A stretch of DNA of 42,669 bases from a virus: IMG/VR virus record IMGVR_UViG_3300037311_000008, positions 1-42,669 of that record. The stretch is one strand, 5' to 3'. Made by a program: the position numbers and the translations under genes. Below, in pieces: positions 41,963 to 42,669 of this stretch (within the stretch, counting starts at the first letter, position 1; the number at the start of each line of letters is the position of its first letter). Under the pieces are notes generated by a model. The model searched no databases, had not been told where the DNA came from, and saw only the letters and a program-made list of their open reading frames with translations.

Positions 41963-42297
41963 AGAGACAAATAAGCTCAGTCGTTCTGCTCTCTGGAGCT
42001 ACAACTACACAGTCGGGTCAACGTCATACGGCATGGGATGCAAAGCTAACCTTTCAAGCTGTTGGAAGAACGACATCAGGTTCAGGAGCTGCTGCTGTTG
42101 ACATACAAGTTTCTAACGTAACTAATCCAACACAAGACTCTCATTGGCTCACTGCCATGACAATATCTCTAACTCTTGGTTCAGCGACTGATGCAGGCGA
42201 CGGTCAAGAGTTCGATGCTAAGTGGAGATATGTGAGAGCCAGAGTCGCTTCAATCTCTGGCACAGGCGCGTCTGTTGACGTGTACATGGGGGGATAA
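41959..42297 (+). CDS. Small beta-rich virion protein, paralogue B (112 aa) of 37939..38265
   Basis: MKRQISSVVLL...GRTTSGSGAAAVDIQVSN...AKWRYVRARVASISGTGASVDVYMGG. I estimate ~40-45% identity to paralogue A by eye. Confidence 0.7.
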   Translation: MKRQISSVVLLSGATTTQSGQRHTAWDAKLTFQAVGRTTSGSGAAAVDIQVSNVTNPTQDSHWLTAMTISLTLGSATDAGDGQEFDAKWRYVRARVASISGTGASVDVYMGG

Positions 42298-42669
42298 GTG
42301 GCTGTTACAAACTATCCTTTAATTTCAGGCGTAGGAAACGGCGGCGGCTCATCTGGGAACTCTGTTCATCCTAACTTCGCAAGCTTTCCTGTGACTGGAA
42401 CTTCAGGCATTCTTTACATCGACACAGGACTGAACGACCTTTATCTGTGGACTGGAACTGTGTATGAGCTGCAATCTTCCACTGGCGGCGGAACATGGGG
42501 AAGTATCACAGGAACTCTCAGTTCTCAGACCGATCTTCAAACTGCGCTAAACGCAAAGGAAGATGAGCTTGATTGGAACATTAACCCAAGCAGACAGTTT
42601 CTTTACTTTACAGACTTTAATGAAGCAGATCGCGCTAACTTAAATCTTGCCACTGACTCCGCTGGCGGC
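42298..42669 (+). CDS. Tail fibre / receptor-binding protein, N-terminal part (continues at nt 112 after circular closure)
   Basis: GTG at 42298, immediately after the TAA of the upstream gene (RBS GGGGGGA). It is open to the window end, and 42559 is in frame with nt 1. Fibre-type motifs: HPNFASFPVTGTSGILYIDTGLNDLYLWTG and TGTLSSQTDLQTALNAK. Confidence 0.8.
   Translation, partial: MAVTNYPLISGVGNGGGSSGNSVHPNFASFPVTGTSGILYIDTGLNDLYLWTGTVYELQSSTGGGTWGSITGTLSSQTDLQTALNAKEDELDWNINPSRQFLYFTDFNEADRANLNLATDSAGG
42559..42669. repeat. Terminal direct repeat, copy 2 (identical to 1..111)
   Basis: Read directly; see copy 1. Confidence 0.95.

Noticed and set aside
37939-42669. Diversity-generating retroelement, suggested by the BPP-1-like head genes and the duplicated fibre-type genes.
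   Set aside because: No reverse-transcriptase-like ORF (no YxDD-type motif) occurs anywhere in the window. The paralogues are similar only at protein level, and I saw no template/variable nucleotide repeat pair.
1-42669. tRNA, rRNA or other structured RNA genes.
   Set aside because: The intergenic space is tiny, with the largest gaps only about 75-240 nt. None shows a cloverleaf-type conserved GTTCGAATC/T-loop pattern.

Overview
The window is one complete tailed-phage genome of about 42,558 bp, shown as a linearised circle. Nt 1-111 are repeated exactly at 42559-42669, and the junction lies in-frame inside a tail-fibre gene. All family calls come from motif recognition, synteny and protein size. 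No database search was possible.

Gene order and protein sizes follow a T7-type podovirus virion row:
- portal, scaffold and major capsid
- gp11-like adaptor and gp12-like nozzle
- three internal/ejection proteins
- fibre

This row is combined with a BPP-1-type head set (Bbp19-like protein and a cement protein).

No phage RNA polymerase, DNA polymerase, integrase or CI-type repressor is visible. No tRNA or CRISPR array was seen.

Modules, in map order:
- 1-17068: tail and ejection genes.
- 17081-19514: lysis genes.
- 19493-24421 (minus strand): an early recombination operon with RecT, a YqaJ exonuclease, a DEDD exonuclease, a PD-(D/E)XK nuclease, Zn-finger proteins and small ORFs.
- 24422-24577: a divergent control region.
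- 24578-29236: a rightward early/replication operon with a Cro-like HTH, VRR-NUC, a CsrA homologue and a Toprim-VirE primase/helicase.
- 29199-29388: an iteron- and palindrome-rich non-coding region.
- 29473-37886: packaging and head genes.
- 37939 to the wrap point: an extra block of duplicated fibre-type genes.

Observations most worth follow-up:
1. A 2,659-aa ejection protein with a HEMGH zincin core and polyvalent-protein-like blocks.
2. An endolysin that fuses a GH24 muramidase to a YkuD-type L,D-transpeptidase-fold domain.
3. A phage-encoded CsrA homologue translationally coupled to the primase gene.
4. Two paralogous cassettes, each a small protein followed by a GTG-started fibre, plus a tandem paralogue pair. 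These form an extra receptor-binding block.
5. A 2OG-Fe(II)-oxygenase-like gene inserted between the adaptor and nozzle genes.
6. An inverted iteron array that is a candidate origin.
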